From the NCBI GenBank assembly GCA_964016885.1, contig OZ024742.1:117800001-117864000 (forward strand): DNA of 64,000 bases, given 5' to 3'. This document shows, one piece after another, positions 12,701 to 24,859 of the stretch. The position numbers and the translations under genes are program-made. The notes beneath the pieces are model-generated. The model saw only the letters and a program-made list of their open reading frames with translations. It was not told the DNA's origin and did no database searches. This stretch comes from Eledone cirrhosa (taxonomy: Eukaryota). How positions within the stretch are numbered: the first letter of the stretch is position 1; each line of letters begins with the position of its first letter.

Positions 12701-13209
12701 CACTAGCCTGGCAGTGCTACCGGGGGGCTCTACCCGTTCGAGAGAGGCTCTACAGACACGGGCGCCCGGGCAGGGATCCCTCGAAAAAGATTTGCCTTAG
12801 ATGCGTGCGTCACGAAGAAACCGTTGCGCCCGCATTGGTGCAATGTCCGGGCGTGGCTGATCTGTGGGGCTACGCCGAACGACTGCTGTCGCGGGTGGCG
12901 CCGATTCAATTGACCGCCGAGTCCGTGATGACAATCAAACCGCCTCCCCTCTTCACAAAGGAAGCAAAGGCGGTTTTTCTGTGCGTAATAGCCATGTTGA
13001 AAGAGGTTGTTTGGTGGACACGATTGAAAGGTCTGAGGTCAGGCAACTTCCTCTCTGGCCATAGTCTGGTCTACTTCTTCCGATATCACTTCGGAAGAAG
13101 GATAAGAATGAAGAGAGAGGTGCTTGGCCACAGGCAGTTTTATGAAAGGTGGGTGATAGTGGCGAGAATGGCTCGTGTAAATGGGCCTTCTCTGTATACC
13201 ATCCTGTAG
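9772..13209 (+). CDS. Tx1 ORF2: AP endonuclease + reverse transcriptase + C-terminal zinc-finger region (1145 aa, open)
   Basis: APE motifs CLNARGL, CETR, GDWN, LDRF, TDHK. RT motifs FRPITLLN, LDQSKAFDRVDH, RQGCPLS, AYADDV. Confidence 0.95.
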   Translation: MDVLRVGCLNARGLGSTWKQAKLLNNLRSCGINVMVICETRISVVRQLAPTFDDFEVHASLCQPGGGGGVVVLLLKHLGLAVQVVHSDPEGRLLVLDVGSSEGTALRLVAVFSPFGAERPDFFQRLETFLGTSRSMLLAGDWNDILDARWDYAGACPNRGGCNILKGLLDRFNLVDRYRLDFPTVPTWTWKNHSGQSRSYLDRFLVRSKDRDILSCPEMRTVGYTDHKLVTCVVNLEKTHKQGPGYWKLNLSLPAKETYRNRISILVKERLTGAIVNNRWRASLKREIRTESISYSKMLAADRNRNGKELTGKLEEAIKSEYVARVLASRTALNQFFDAKHEGCVIRSKIRALGNEGAKAVGWARVTETKSGNRSTIRSLQDEDGRVIREPKQMCEAFQRHFARLFGRGEGPGGDVDFGPYLDGLPRLSSEEAESCEGPISADEIGDAPSQYSRRKSPGLDGIPYELYLAMPVFFSELLEAVYCNWQQNGRIPCSVAKGVVSLVRKDENKGDSINNFRPITLLNTELKILAKVLAKRLALVVGSLVGDAQTCAIPSRSIHDNLHLMRYIIERVGNKPGFGGALINLDQSKAFDRVDHGYLDAVLAAAGFGPVFRGFITALHSNHICSRIKVNGYLSKPFEITRSIRQGCPLSSLLYVLTLEPLLRKLELLQGIPLEPGLSKAVSAYADDVTVMVSTDSEIEAIGTLLEEYERLSGAKLNREKSIGLQLGTWRGRPMPPDGVFGHWTEGPVKLLGVWFGPDLQVEKNWNEVTNKVFALTQKWAKCKLSLKGREEVANIYIASVTYYRLTVVPCPKETLTTMEHMLFQFLWKKRPPMVRRSICCQQPSKGGLGMPWLMMRRHALRLRHLQVFLTGQPVWAPFVKRAFPRLVSLTELQSWVKQRSGKLGDWHTGCAQALRALWQAGQAIGGEFTSSFYRGLVASRGDDTLGESLDMEEDELASLFGRTFGPGPMDNFQKSLAWQCYRGALPVRERLYRHGRPGRDPSKKICLRCVRHEETVAPALVQCPGVADLWGYAERLLSRVAPIQLTAESVMTIKPPPLFTKEAKAVFLCVIAMLKEVVWWTRLKGLRSGNFLSGHSLVYFFRYHFGRRIRMKREVLGHRQFYERWVIVARMARVNGPSLYTIL

Positions 13210-13423
13210 GTAAAGAAGTGAAGGAGAGGGGAGCACCTTCTCCATGTGCTCCCCGGGAAAAGGATTGCACACTTTTTCGGGGGTGTGTGCAACCCCCATC
13301 ACGTCCCCTCCCTTTTGAGGTTGTTTTCGATTATTTTCATTTTATACCCTTTTTACTCGATTGTATGTAAACTCCCCCTTTGTATTTGTCCCTTCTTTTT
13401 ATGCCTTTATGGTAAATAAAGAA

Positions 13424-13424
<1 letters not shown>

Positions 13425-13493
<69 letters not shown>

Positions 13494-13512
13494 ATATCTA
13501 TCTATCTATCTA
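13425..13512. repeat. (TCTA)n between Tx1 copies A and B
   Basis: Read directly from the sequence. Confidence 0.95.
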
Positions 13513-16500
13513 GAGACACCACAAAACCACAAAAACAACAATCACCAACACAAACATACAACCACCAACACAAATAACAACAAAAACACCACACCTAAAA
13601 CTCATAAGGGTTTCGATAGAGACCTATCAGACATTGAAAGAAAGGTTTTCACAGGACGTTGGCAACTCCTGCCAAAAACCAATAAACCGTGTCCTGTTGA
13701 AATGTTTCCCCACCCCACTCAACACCCCCACCAGAACTGAAATGGAGATTGAACAACCCGATCTCCAGGCAACGAAAAGGTAAGTGCACCTTTTCGTCCT
13801 TTTCTCCAACTCTTCTTCACCAACATGGCTAGTTTATGAGTTGGAAGCGTGAATGTGCGTGGCCTAGGGATGCCCTGGAAACTTTTAAACGACCTTAGGT
13901 CACACGGTATAGATGTATTAGCCATCACCGAGTCCAGGATCCACAACAAGCAGTAACTAACCCCATCTTCAATGACTTTGAGATCAACGCATCTCTCTGT
14001 CAGCCGGGAGGTAGAGAGGGAGTGGCTGTAATGTTTCAGAAGAACCTGGACGTCGAAGTACAGCAAGTACACTTGGACACGGAGGGTAGACTGGTAATCC
14101 TAGACGTGAACCGTATTGGAGGTGGAGCCTTCAGACTGTTGGCTGTTTATGCCCCGACCGGACAATCGCAATCACGGCCAGACTTCTTTAAGCGTCTAGA
14201 GTCTTTTCTGGGAATGTCTCGCTCCTTACTTTTAGTGGGGGACTGGAATGGTATCCTAGATGCACGATGGGACTATGTGGGAGCATGTCCCAGTAGAGCG
14301 GGGTGCAACAGCCTCAAAACTTTAATCGGCCAATTCCAACTGGCCGATAGGTATCGACTAGATTTCCCAACTGCACTACAGTGGACGTGGGCAAACCGCA
14401 GCGGGACATCTAGATTGTATTTAGATAGGTTCTTCATTAGAGAAAGGGACAAGGAAATGTTAAGCTGTCCACGAATGCACATGGTTGCCTATTCAGATCA
14501 CAAGTTAGTCGTCTGCCTAGTCAACCGTGATAGAATACATAGACAGGGACACGGATACTGGAAGCTGAACATGTCGTTGCCGGCACGTAAAGCTTACAGT
14601 GAACGGATAAGTAGACTAGTCAAGCAACAGTTAACGGGAGCCATCGTCAACAATAGATCGTGGTACTCTCTCAAGAAAGCAATTAGAATAGAATCGATAG
14701 GGTATAGCAGAGAGTTAGCCTTAGAGAAAAACAGAATAGAAAGAGAACTAGTAGCCAAGGTAGAGGAGGCACTTAGAAGTGGCAACGCGGCTAGAGTGTT
14801 AGCGTCGAGAACGGCACTGGACCAGTTCTTCGATGCGAAACACGAAGGCTTGCGTGGTCAGAAGAAAAATACGTGCTCTAGGAAACGAAGGAGCGAAAGC
14901 TGTCAGCTGGGCCCGAGTGGCGGAGGAAAAAAGTGGCAACAAGTCCACGATTCGGTCTTTGAAAGACCAAAACGGACGCGTGCTACTTGACCCCAAGCAA
15001 ATGTGCGCGGCCTTTGAGCGGCACTTTGCGCGACTGTTTGAGCAGAACGACGGTGAGCCGAACGGGGCAATGGACTTTAGTTCATACCTCGACGGCCTGC
15101 TGCGTCTCTCGAACACGAACGCCGAGTTCTGCGAAAGACCGATCACGGACACTGAGATACGGGACACTCTGGGCCGCTGCGGGAAACGCAAGTCACCCGG
15201 TCTAGATGGTCTACTCTACGAGCTTTACATAGGCATGCCAGACTTGTTCTCTGGCGTCCTCGAAGCCGTCTACTGCAATTGGCAGCAGAACGGGAGAATT
15301 CCCAGTTCTGCAGGCAAGGGCGTAGTAACGCTGATCAGGAAAGACGAGAACATGGGGGACGAAATTAATAACTTCAGGCCCATAACTCTGCTCAACACAG
15401 AGTTAAAGATTTTGGCCAAGGTGCTAGCGACGAGGTTGGCGCTTGTCGTCGAGAACCTGGTAGGGAAAGCGCAAACGTGTGCAATCCCGATCAGGTCCAT
15501 ATACGACAACCTCCACTTCATGCGATACATCATAGAGAGGGTGGGTAGTAAACCCGGCTTCGGTGGGGCTCTGATCAATTTGGATCAGTCTAAGACATTC
15601 GATAGGGTCGACCATCGATACTTGGAAGCGGTTCTTAGAGCGGCCGGTTTCGGTCCCGTGTTCAGAGGATGAATCGAGGCGATGCACACAAGCATCTGCT
15701 CGAGGGTCAAGGTGAACGGCTACCTATCGGAGCCGTTCGCAAACACGCGTTCCATTCGACAGGGGTGCCATCTCTCCTCCATTCTGTTTGTATTGACTCT
15801 AGAGCCACTACTGCGGAAATTGGAGCTGTTGCAGGGCATCTCTCTAGAACCGGGACTGCGCAAAGCGGCGTCGGCTTATGCCGACGACTTGACGGTAATG
15901 GTGTCGAGCACCTCGGAAAACGTGGTGATCGGCAACTTACTGAAAGAATACGAAACGCTGACGGGAGCAAAACTAAACCCGGACAAGTCTGTCGGTTTGC
16001 AAATCGGTACGTGGAGGCAAACCGATGACGTCCGACAGCGTCGTTGGACGCTGGACGGACAGACCGGTGAAATTGCTCGGGGTTTGGTTCGGTCCAGACC
16101 TCCGGGTGGAGAAAAACTGGAACGAGGTCACGGCCAAGGTGTTTGCACTCACCCAGAAGTGAGCAGAGTACAAACTGTCCTTGAAAGGTCGAGCGGAGGA
16201 GGCGAACACTTTCATAGCGTCGGTCATCTACTACCGCTTGACTGTCGTGCTTTGTCCCCGTGAACACCTCGCCAAGATGGAACGCATGCTCTTCCAGTTT
16301 CTGTGGAAGAAGCAGGCTCCGCTGGTGAGGAGATCCGTCTGCTGTCAGCACCCTACCAACGGAGGGCTGAGAATGCCCTGGCTGATGATGCGCAAATATG
16401 CGCTGAGGCTGCGGCATCTCCAGGTATTCCTCACCGACCCCCAACCGGTGTGGGCACCGTGTGAGACAGGCTTTCCCACAGCTCGTCTCGCTGACGGAGC

Positions 16501-17460
16501 TGCAGTCCTGGGTCAAGAAAAGACCGAAAACGATGGGCGCCTGGCACATTGAATGCGCTCAGGCGCTCACAGTCCTCTGACAAGCGGGTGCAGCAATCAG
16601 TGGAGACTCCACTTCGACATTCTATAGAGGGATTGTACGTTACAAGGGCGACGACGTGCTCGGAGAGACTCTGGGCGTCGAAGACGATGAGCTCACCAGT
16701 CTGTTTGGTAGGACATTCCGCCCGTGACCTATGGACAACTTCAGAGGTCCCTGGCTTGGCAGTGCTACCGAGGAGCTCTACCGATTCGTGACAAGATCTA
16801 CAGGCACGGACGCCCCGGCAGGGATCCTTCCAAGATTACGTGTCCAAGATGCGCGCAGGACATTGAAACAGTCCTGCACGCAATTGTACACTGCCCGGGC
16901 GTAACCAACCCGTAGAACTATGCAGAACAACTGCTGTCGCGTATGGGACTGCCGAGTCCATAGTAAGGATCAAACCGCCAGCCTCTTTCAAACACGAAAG
17001 AGAGGCGGTTTTCCTCTGTACGGTGGCTATGGTGAAAGAAGTTATATGGTGGACGAGGTTGAGAGGACTGAGGACAGATGCCTTTCTCTCCGGACAACAA
17101 TTGATTCCCTTCTTTAAGTATCACTTTAGAAGGAGAATCAGGGTGGAGAGAGAGGCACTGCACCCCAGTAAATTTACTGAAAGGTGGGTGAATGAAGCAA
17201 AAATGGCCCGAGTTATAAGCCTGTAGTTTGAAGAAGAGAGCAAAAGGAAGAAAGGAGCACTTGCACAAGACGCTCCTGGAGTTGAGGGTTGTTCTATCGA
17301 CGGGGTATTAAACAACCTATTTGTGGCGCCTCCCCCTTATTGGGGATTTCGATTGTTGTAATTGTTTATTTTTATATTTTTTACACGACTGTATGTAAAA
17401 TCTCCGGCATGTCTTTGTATTGTCCCCTTTTCTTGTGCGCCCTTGTGGCTAATAAAGAAA
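13513..17460 (+). mobile_element. Tx1 copy B, 5'-truncated within ORF1, ORF2 disrupted
   Basis: ORF1 tail (NRVLLKCFP), ORF2 ATG at 13825, frameshifted APE/RT fragments 14022-17226, and a 3' end AATAAAGAAA followed by TATATCTATCTATCT. Confidence 0.92.
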
Positions 17461-17475
17461 TATATCTATCTATCT

Positions 17476-20400
17476 CGGAGCAGATAGACGTGTTTTTGTT
17501 TCGCTCCTGCATTTTGTCGGAATTTATTACGAGAAGCGGTAGGTCTGTTTAAGTAATTTGTTATTTGTTGTGTTTAACCCCTCGCCTGGGCCTGCAGACG
17601 TTGAGTAAAATAAATTTCGCCCCTCTTTGGGGCGAAATTTAATAGTTATAAGTTGTCGATAAAAAGTCGTTTAGTGACAATGGACGCCATTAATACGACG
17701 CATGCCACGCTCCCCAAGGAAAGTGATAGAGAGAAGGTAGCAGAACAACGCTGTAAGCCTTCCTTCCTCACTCCCGCAAAAGATACCACGGAATCAAAAG
17801 AAAAAATTGTGGAAATGGGTGAAAACCCCAAAAGTAACAATTACACAAACAAGAATAACAATGGCAATAACAACACAACCAACAACAGCAACAATGACAA
17901 TAACAACACAACTAACAACAGCAATAATGACAACACCAACAAAGGAAAAAAGCAAGCCAACACGAATAATAACAACAACACTGATAACAACACTAAAGAA
18001 AACGGACCCACAGCTGCAGTCTCCTTCGCTCAGGCAGTCCGAGAAACGCAGACATACAAGGCAGTGGACATCTCGAATGCCAAGAAATTGCTGAAAGAAG
18101 CAAGGAATTGTGTAAATTTCGGGGAAGGTGGGGAATTCACAATTACCTCCCCCGAAGAAATAGAAGGGACACAGTCCTCAGGACTGTAATCTTTAGGACA
18201 GTTTCGAACACGACTAGGAAACCGGCTCAATTGTCCCAAAGCGAAATTGAGCTGGTCCTAAGTAGTGCCTGGAAGGATATCGCTTTCATACAGAAATGGA
18301 AATTGTATGGAAGCATATCTGTTTTAATGCAAGATCAATTGGGGGCACGGAAATATTCTGTGTCGCCAATTGTATCCAAATCATACACCTTTTTCCCCAC
18401 ATAATTGGGGAAAAGAACTCAAAAGATAAGAATCTCAGACATCAGGCCAAATGCGAGCATTTGGTGGGTGCTAACGGGATTCTTAGAAGATGAGGACACA
18501 ATCCTTTCGATAGGCGAATCCACCGGGGGCGTATTCGGCGGCAATAGCCTTGAAGTTCTGGTCCAAATGAGACCAGAACGGATAGCAAGAATAGCGCAGC
18601 GTGTGTCCCTGGATGGAGTCGCCTTCATAAACATTTCTTTTGAGGGCAGGCGGCCTTCATGCTACCACTGTTCAAGAAGTAGTCACCTAAGGGCTTCCTG
18701 TCCCCTTTTAAATCCCCCCCCCAAAAAAAAAGCTGCTTCTGCCCACCCCACACACAACACCACCACCACCACCACCACCACCACCACAACAACAACAACA
18801 ATAACAACAACAACAACACGAAAAAATAACAACACAAGACACTGTCCCACCCAACCCCTCCCCACCTAAAACAAATACAAAAGCAACCACAACAAAACCC
18901 CAAAATATACCCCTCCCCAACAACAACATGGACGAGGACCCCTTATCGACGTCACTCAGTGACGACGAGGGAGAACCCCTTCAACCTGTAAAAAGAAAGA
19001 AAAGAAGGCACCACATTAATAAAAATGCAACAAACACACGACCACCAGCACAAACAGAACAAACATCACAAACAAAAAAACCCACCCCTCCCGAAAACAT
19101 AACACATACTACAAAACGCAAACACACAACAATAACAACAAACAAAAACAAACACAACACAACAAAAACAGTATACATACATCAACACAAACAACAAAAC
19201 ACTTGTGAAAACAATAGACAAAGACCCTTCGGTGGAAACCGAAGGGAAAATGTTCACCAACGCGGCGACTCGACTAAACCGCATTTTAAAATGATTAGGA
19301 TCACAAGGGACACCTACGCAATGCTCAAACAGAACTTTCCCGAGGACGTGAGGAACCCCTGTACTAGACCTAGCAACCGCGTCCTCTTGAAATGTTTCCC
19401 CACCACACAGTGATGTCCCCACCACATCCCAAACAACCCCACCGACACCCCGTGGAAATTGTGCAACCTGGTCCCCAGGAAAAGGACAGGTAGGTGTCTT
19501 TTCCTTTTTCTCCACTCTAAACTCTTCACCACCAACATGGCTGTTATAAGAGTTGGATGTTTAAATGTGCGCGGCCTGGGGATGTCCTGGAAACAGGGCA
19601 AACTCTTAAATGACCTCAGGTCGCACAGAATGGATGTGATAGCTATTTGCGAGCACCAACTTGCCCCCATCATCGACGACTTTGAGATCTATGCATCTCT
19701 CTGTCAGCCGGGGGGTTGGGGGAGGGGTGGTCGTTCTGGTGCGAGAACACCTGGGCCTCGCAACACGGAAGGTACACCTGGACCCGGAGGGTCGACTGGT
19801 GGTTCTAGACGTAGGCAGTAGTGAAGGTGGAGCCTTCAGGCTCGTGGCAGCGTATGCCCCATCTGGGACACCGCGACCGGACTTCTTTCAGCGCCTAGAG
19901 ACTTTTCTGGGAACGTCTTGCTCCTTGCTTTTAGTGGGGGACTGGAATGGTATCCTGGATGCACGTTGGGTCTATGTAGGGGCATGTCCCGATAGAGGGG
20001 GGTGTAACAGCCTCAAACGGTTAATCGGCCGATTTGATCTGACCGATAGATATCGACTAGATTTTCCGACTGTGCCACTGTGGACGTGGATTAATCGTAG
20101 CGGAACATCTAGGTCGTACCTAGATAGGTTCCTAGTTAGAAATAAGGATAGAGACATATTAAGCTGTCCACAAATGTTCATGGTTGACTATTCGGATCAC
20201 AAGTTGGTGACCGGAGTGGTCAACCTTGATAGAACCCATAGACAGGGAGCCGGTTACTGGAAGCTAAACTTGTCCTTACCGACAAACAAAGCTTACAGTA
20301 AGCGGATTAGCACTCTAGTTAAGCAGCGGTTGACGGGGGCAATTGTCAACAGCAGGTGGTGGGGCTCTCTCAAGAGAGAAATTAAAATAGAATCGATAGG

Positions 20401-23199
20401 TTTTAGTCAGGAATTAGCATAAGATAGGAATAGAACTGAAAGGGAATTGATAGATAGAGTAGAAGAGGCGATTAGGAGGAGCAACGTGGCCGGTGTGTTG
20501 GCGTCAAGAACAGCCCTAGATCAGTTCTTTGACGCGAAGCACGAGCGCTGTGTTGTCAGGAGTAAAATACGTGCTCTGGGTAACGAGGGAGCCAAAGCTG
20601 TTAGCTGGGCCCGAGTGACAGAGGCAAAAAGTGGAAACAAGTCCACGATTCGGTCTTTGAAGGACCAGGATGGACGCGTGATCCTTGAACCTGAGCGGAT
20701 TTGCGCGGCCTTTCATCGGCGCTTTGCACGACTGTTCGAGAGGGGCGGCGGGCCGGGTGAGGCCATGGATTTCGGTTCATACCTCGACGGTCTGCCGCGG
20801 CTCTCGGACGGGGAGGCGAAGTCCTGCCAAAGGCCGATTTTAGCCGCTGAAATAGGGGAAGCGCTGAGCCTATGCGGCAAACGCAAATCTCCCGGTCTCG
20901 ATGGTCTACAATACGAACTTTATGTAGCGATGCCGGACTTGTTCTCCGATCTCCTCGAGGCGGTCTACTGCAACTGGCAACAGAACGGGAGAATTCCCAG
21001 TTCTGTGACCAAGGGCGTAGTCACGCTGGTGAGGAAGGACGAGAACAAGGGGGATGACATAGATAACTTCAGGCCCATAACTCTGCTAAACACAGAGTTA
21101 AAGATTTTAGCCAAGGTGTTAGCGAAGAGGTTGGCGCTTGTCGTCGGGAACCTGTGGGAGAAGCGCAGACATGCGCAATCCCGTCCAGGTCCATACACGA
21201 CGACCTCCATCTCATGCGATATATCGTAGAGAGGGTAGGGAACGAACCCAGCTTTGGTGGGGCCCTGATCAACTTGGATCAATTTAAGGCGTTCGATAAG
21301 GTCGACCATCGGTACGTGGATGCGGAGCTCGCAGCGGCAGGCTTCGGATCTGTTTTCAGGGGCTGGATTGCTGCAATGCACAGCAGTAACACCTGCTCGA
21401 GGGTCAAGGTGAACGGCTACCTCTCGGAGCCGTTCCAAAGCGCGCGATCCATCCGACAGGGATGCCCTCTCTCTTTCCTTCTGTATGTGCTGGCTCTTGA
21501 GACACTACTGCGAAAGTTGGAGCTATTGCAGGGAATCCCCTTGGAACCGGGATTGTGGAAAGCGGTGTCGGCCTACGCCGATGACGTGACAGTAATGGTG
21601 TCGTGCGCCTCGGAAATCAGGCAGATCGGCACCTTACTGGAGGAATACGAAAGGTTTACAGGAGCCAAGCTGAACCGGGACAAGTCCGTCGGTTTGCAAC
21701 TCGGAACATGGAGAGGCAAACCGATGTCCTCCGACGGCGTCGTCGGACGCTGGACGGAGGGACCGGTGAAGCTGCTCGGGGTCTGGTTCTGACCGGACCT
21801 CCAGGTGGAGAAAAACTTGGACGAGGTAACGGGCAGGGATAGTTTGCACTCGCCCAGAAGTGGGCCGAGTGCAAACTATCCCTGAAAGGTCGAGAGGAAG
21901 TGGCGTACACTTATATAGCGTCCGTCATCTACTACCGCTTGACCGTCGTGCCTTGCCCAGCGAAAACGCTCGCAAAAATGGAGCGCGCGCTCTTCCGATT
22001 CCTTTGGAAGAAGCGGGCTCCTTAGGTGAGAAGATCCATCTGCTGTCAACCCCCTTCGAACGGAGGGCTGGGGATGCCGTGGCTGACGATGCGTAGACAC
22101 GCATTAAGGCTACGGAACCTCCAGGTATTCCTCACAGGTCAGCCGGTGTGGGCCCCTTTTGTGAGGCGAGCCTTTCCGTCACTCGTCTCACTCACCGAGC
22201 TGCAATGCTGGGTCAAGCAAAGACCGAGAAGGGTGGGCGACTGGCACATTGAATGTGCCCAGGCTCTCACGGCCCTCTGGCAAGCGGATCCAGGAAACAG
22301 TGGAGACTCAACCTCATCATTCTATAGATGGTTGGTGCGCAGCAAGTGCGACGACGCTCTCGGAGAGGCTCTGGGCATGGAGGAAGACGAGCTAGCCAGT
22401 CTGTTCGGTAGGACGTTTGGCCCGGGACCGATGGATAACTTCCAAAAGTCCCTGGCTTGGCAGTGCTACCGAGGAGCTCTACCCGTTCGGGACATGCTCT
22501 ACAGACACGGGCGCCCGGGTAGGGACCCCTCGAAGAAGATCTGTCCGAGATGCGTGCGTGACGAGGAAACTGTCGCGCCCGCATTCTTACACTGCCCGGG
22601 CGTTGCTGACCTGTGGGGCTATGTGGAATGACTACTGTCGCGGGTGGGACAATCCGATTGACCACCGAGTACATTGTCACGATCAAACCGCCTCCCCCCT
22701 TCAAAAACGAAGGAGAGGCGGTTTTCCTCTGTGTGATAGCTATGGCGAAAGAGGTTGTATGGTGGACGAGGTTGAAAGGGCTGAGGTCAGGCACTTTTCT
22801 CTCCGGCCAACAACTGGTCCTTTTTTTCAAGTACCATTTTAGAAGAAGGATCAGAATGGAGAGAGAGGTGCTCTACCCCAGCAAGTTTTATGAAAGGTGG
22901 GTGAAAGTGGCGAGAATGGCCCGAGTGAACGGGCCTTCTCTCTATATCAGCCTGTAGGTGAGAGAGGAGAGGAAGGAGGAGAGGAAGGGAGCACCCGCTC
23001 TTTGTGCTCCTGAGGAGGAGGGTTGCACATTTTTTTCGGGGGTGTGTGCGACCCACGTCAACGCCTCCTTCCTATTGAGGACTTCGATTGTTGAATTTGA
23101 TTTGTTATATGTTTTTACACGTCCCTTGAAATGTATGTAAACTCCCCCTCTTGTATTTGTCCCAATCTTTGATGCCCTGGTGGCAAATAAATAGAAAGT
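17476..23199 (+). mobile_element. Tx1 copy C, full length but decayed
   Basis: 5'UTR homologous to copy A. ORF1 fragments 17680-19493 contain CYHCSRSSHLRASC. ORF2 runs from ATG 19537 to TAG 22957 in several frames. The 3' end runs into (TATC)n at 23200-23221. Confidence 0.92.
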
Positions 23200-23864
23200 T
23201 ATCTATCTATCTATCTATCTATTCAGCTGCCTGCCTGTCAATCTATCTATCTGCCTACATATCTATCTGTCTGTCTGTCTGTCTGTGTACGTGTATGTAT
23301 GTATGTCTCAGTATGTATACACCTTCCACCAGCTCCATATCTGCCAATTATCAACAAATTGAAGAGCTATTGCATTCTATAAAATCGTATTTGTTGCATA
23401 AAAACTCACCTAGTTACAGGCAAGATGTTTTACTTGAATTAAATGTGTACGAACTCTTATAGGGTTTCTACTCGACTCTGTGATTGGCCTTGTGGGAGGA
23501 GAAGAGAAAACAACAGAAAACGAACACTACCAACTGAGCAAACATAAATTGTCGGATCACGTCGTTTCAACCGGAAGTGTTAATGGAAAAATGACAACTG
23601 TAGAGTGATTTCTCTGCACGTTTATTTCGTGGATCTAATTCGATGCGCAACTATATTTATACTGCAGTACCAACAGCAGCAGCAACAACAACAACAAAAA
23701 TAACAACTACTACTACTACTACTACTACTGTGTAGTTTAGTATTCTACTCACTGCCTTAGACAACAACAATAACGTAAACGACGATGACAACGACAACGA
23801 CACAAACCGACGACGTCGACGACGAGGGTAGTGATGGTGATGATGATGATGGTTATAATAATGG

Positions 23865-24120
23865 TTTCTGATTTAGGCACAAGGCCAGACATTTGGGGGG
23901 AGGGGAAATTCGATGAAATCGATCCCAGAATGTTATTGGTACTTTATTTTATCGACCCCGTAAGGATGAAAGGCAAAGCTAACATAGGCGGGATTTGAAC
24001 TCATAACTCTATGCCGCAAAGCTGGGTGTCCGACGCTCTACCGACACTGCCAATCTACCGCCCTTAATAATGTTTCTGATTTAGGCACAAGTCCAACAAT
24101 TTTGGCACAAGGCCAACAAT
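23865..24120 (-). mobile_element. SINE copy plus a short duplicated SINE tail
   Basis: Same A/B boxes and core as the 3.7-kb copy. The tail motif TTTCTGATTTAGGCACAAG recurs at 24073-24091. Confidence 0.8.
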
Positions 24121-24600
24121 TTCGCTTTTGATAGGATCTTCAGGAATGCATAACTAAGAAGAAGAAGAAGAAGAAGAAGAAGAATTTCAATGTGTATGGT
24201 AATAGATTCATTCCACTGTATTTTTTAATATTTGAAAAAAAGATGTCACAAAAAAAAACATCAACAACAACAACAGCAACAACACGAAAAAGATTTTGTC
24301 CTGAAACTTTTGTCTGGTGAAATGTTGACATCCATCCCTAAAACAATAGTCGTAGTGACAGTCATATTAATAGTAACTGTAGTGACCCATCTACATAGAA
24401 GGAGAGCCATTATTGCAGTAGCATCAGAGCATCTCACCAATGTGATAACCTGTTTTGGGAACAGGAGACTAGTATTCTCGAAAGTGACCGTGGAAACTTT
24501 TGTCCCCGGGGGCGCCATAAAGTTTTTCATCCTCTGGGCCGCAATATCACATGCATTGATATACATCTACCATGGTCTTTACCGATAATGTCGTCTAGGT

Positions 24601-24809
24601 CAGGCATGTCAATCACGTGGCCCGCAGGCCGCATGCAGCCCTTTACAAGTTTACCTGTGGTCCGCGCACAAAGGTTGTTACAGCGCGAGCGTAATATAAA
24701 ATAAAAAAAATATTAGTTGTAATGCATGCAATTAGTTGTCATGTGTGGTCCTCAGACAACACATATGTGAGCCATGTGGTCCTCGCGGGATCACAGTTTG
24801 ACATGCCTG
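24601..24809. mobile_element. hAT (Charlie-like) MITE
   Basis: TIRs CAGGCATGTCAA / TTGACATGCCTG and a perfect 8-bp TSD GTCTAGGT at 24593-24600 and 24810-24817. Confidence 0.92.
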
Positions 24810-24859
24810 GTCTAGGTATAATTGTTATTGGTTTCCCCACTTTACTCTCAATCATTAAT

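Larger units (their letters stand above)
7593..13424 (+). mobile_element. Tx1/L1-clade non-LTR retrotransposon, copy A, full length
   Basis: 5'UTR with hairpins, ORF1 with a CCHC knuckle, intact APE-RT ORF2, and a 3'UTR ending AATAAAGAAA directly into (TCTA)n. Confidence 0.95.

Noticed and set aside
8489-23056. Numerous antisense and alternative-frame ORFs over the Tx1 copies
   Set aside because: Shadow ORFs of GC-richer LINE coding sequence with no independent motifs.
24232-24588. ORFs of 101-118 aa on both strands
   Set aside because: Partly (CAA)n-derived, with no recognisable family.
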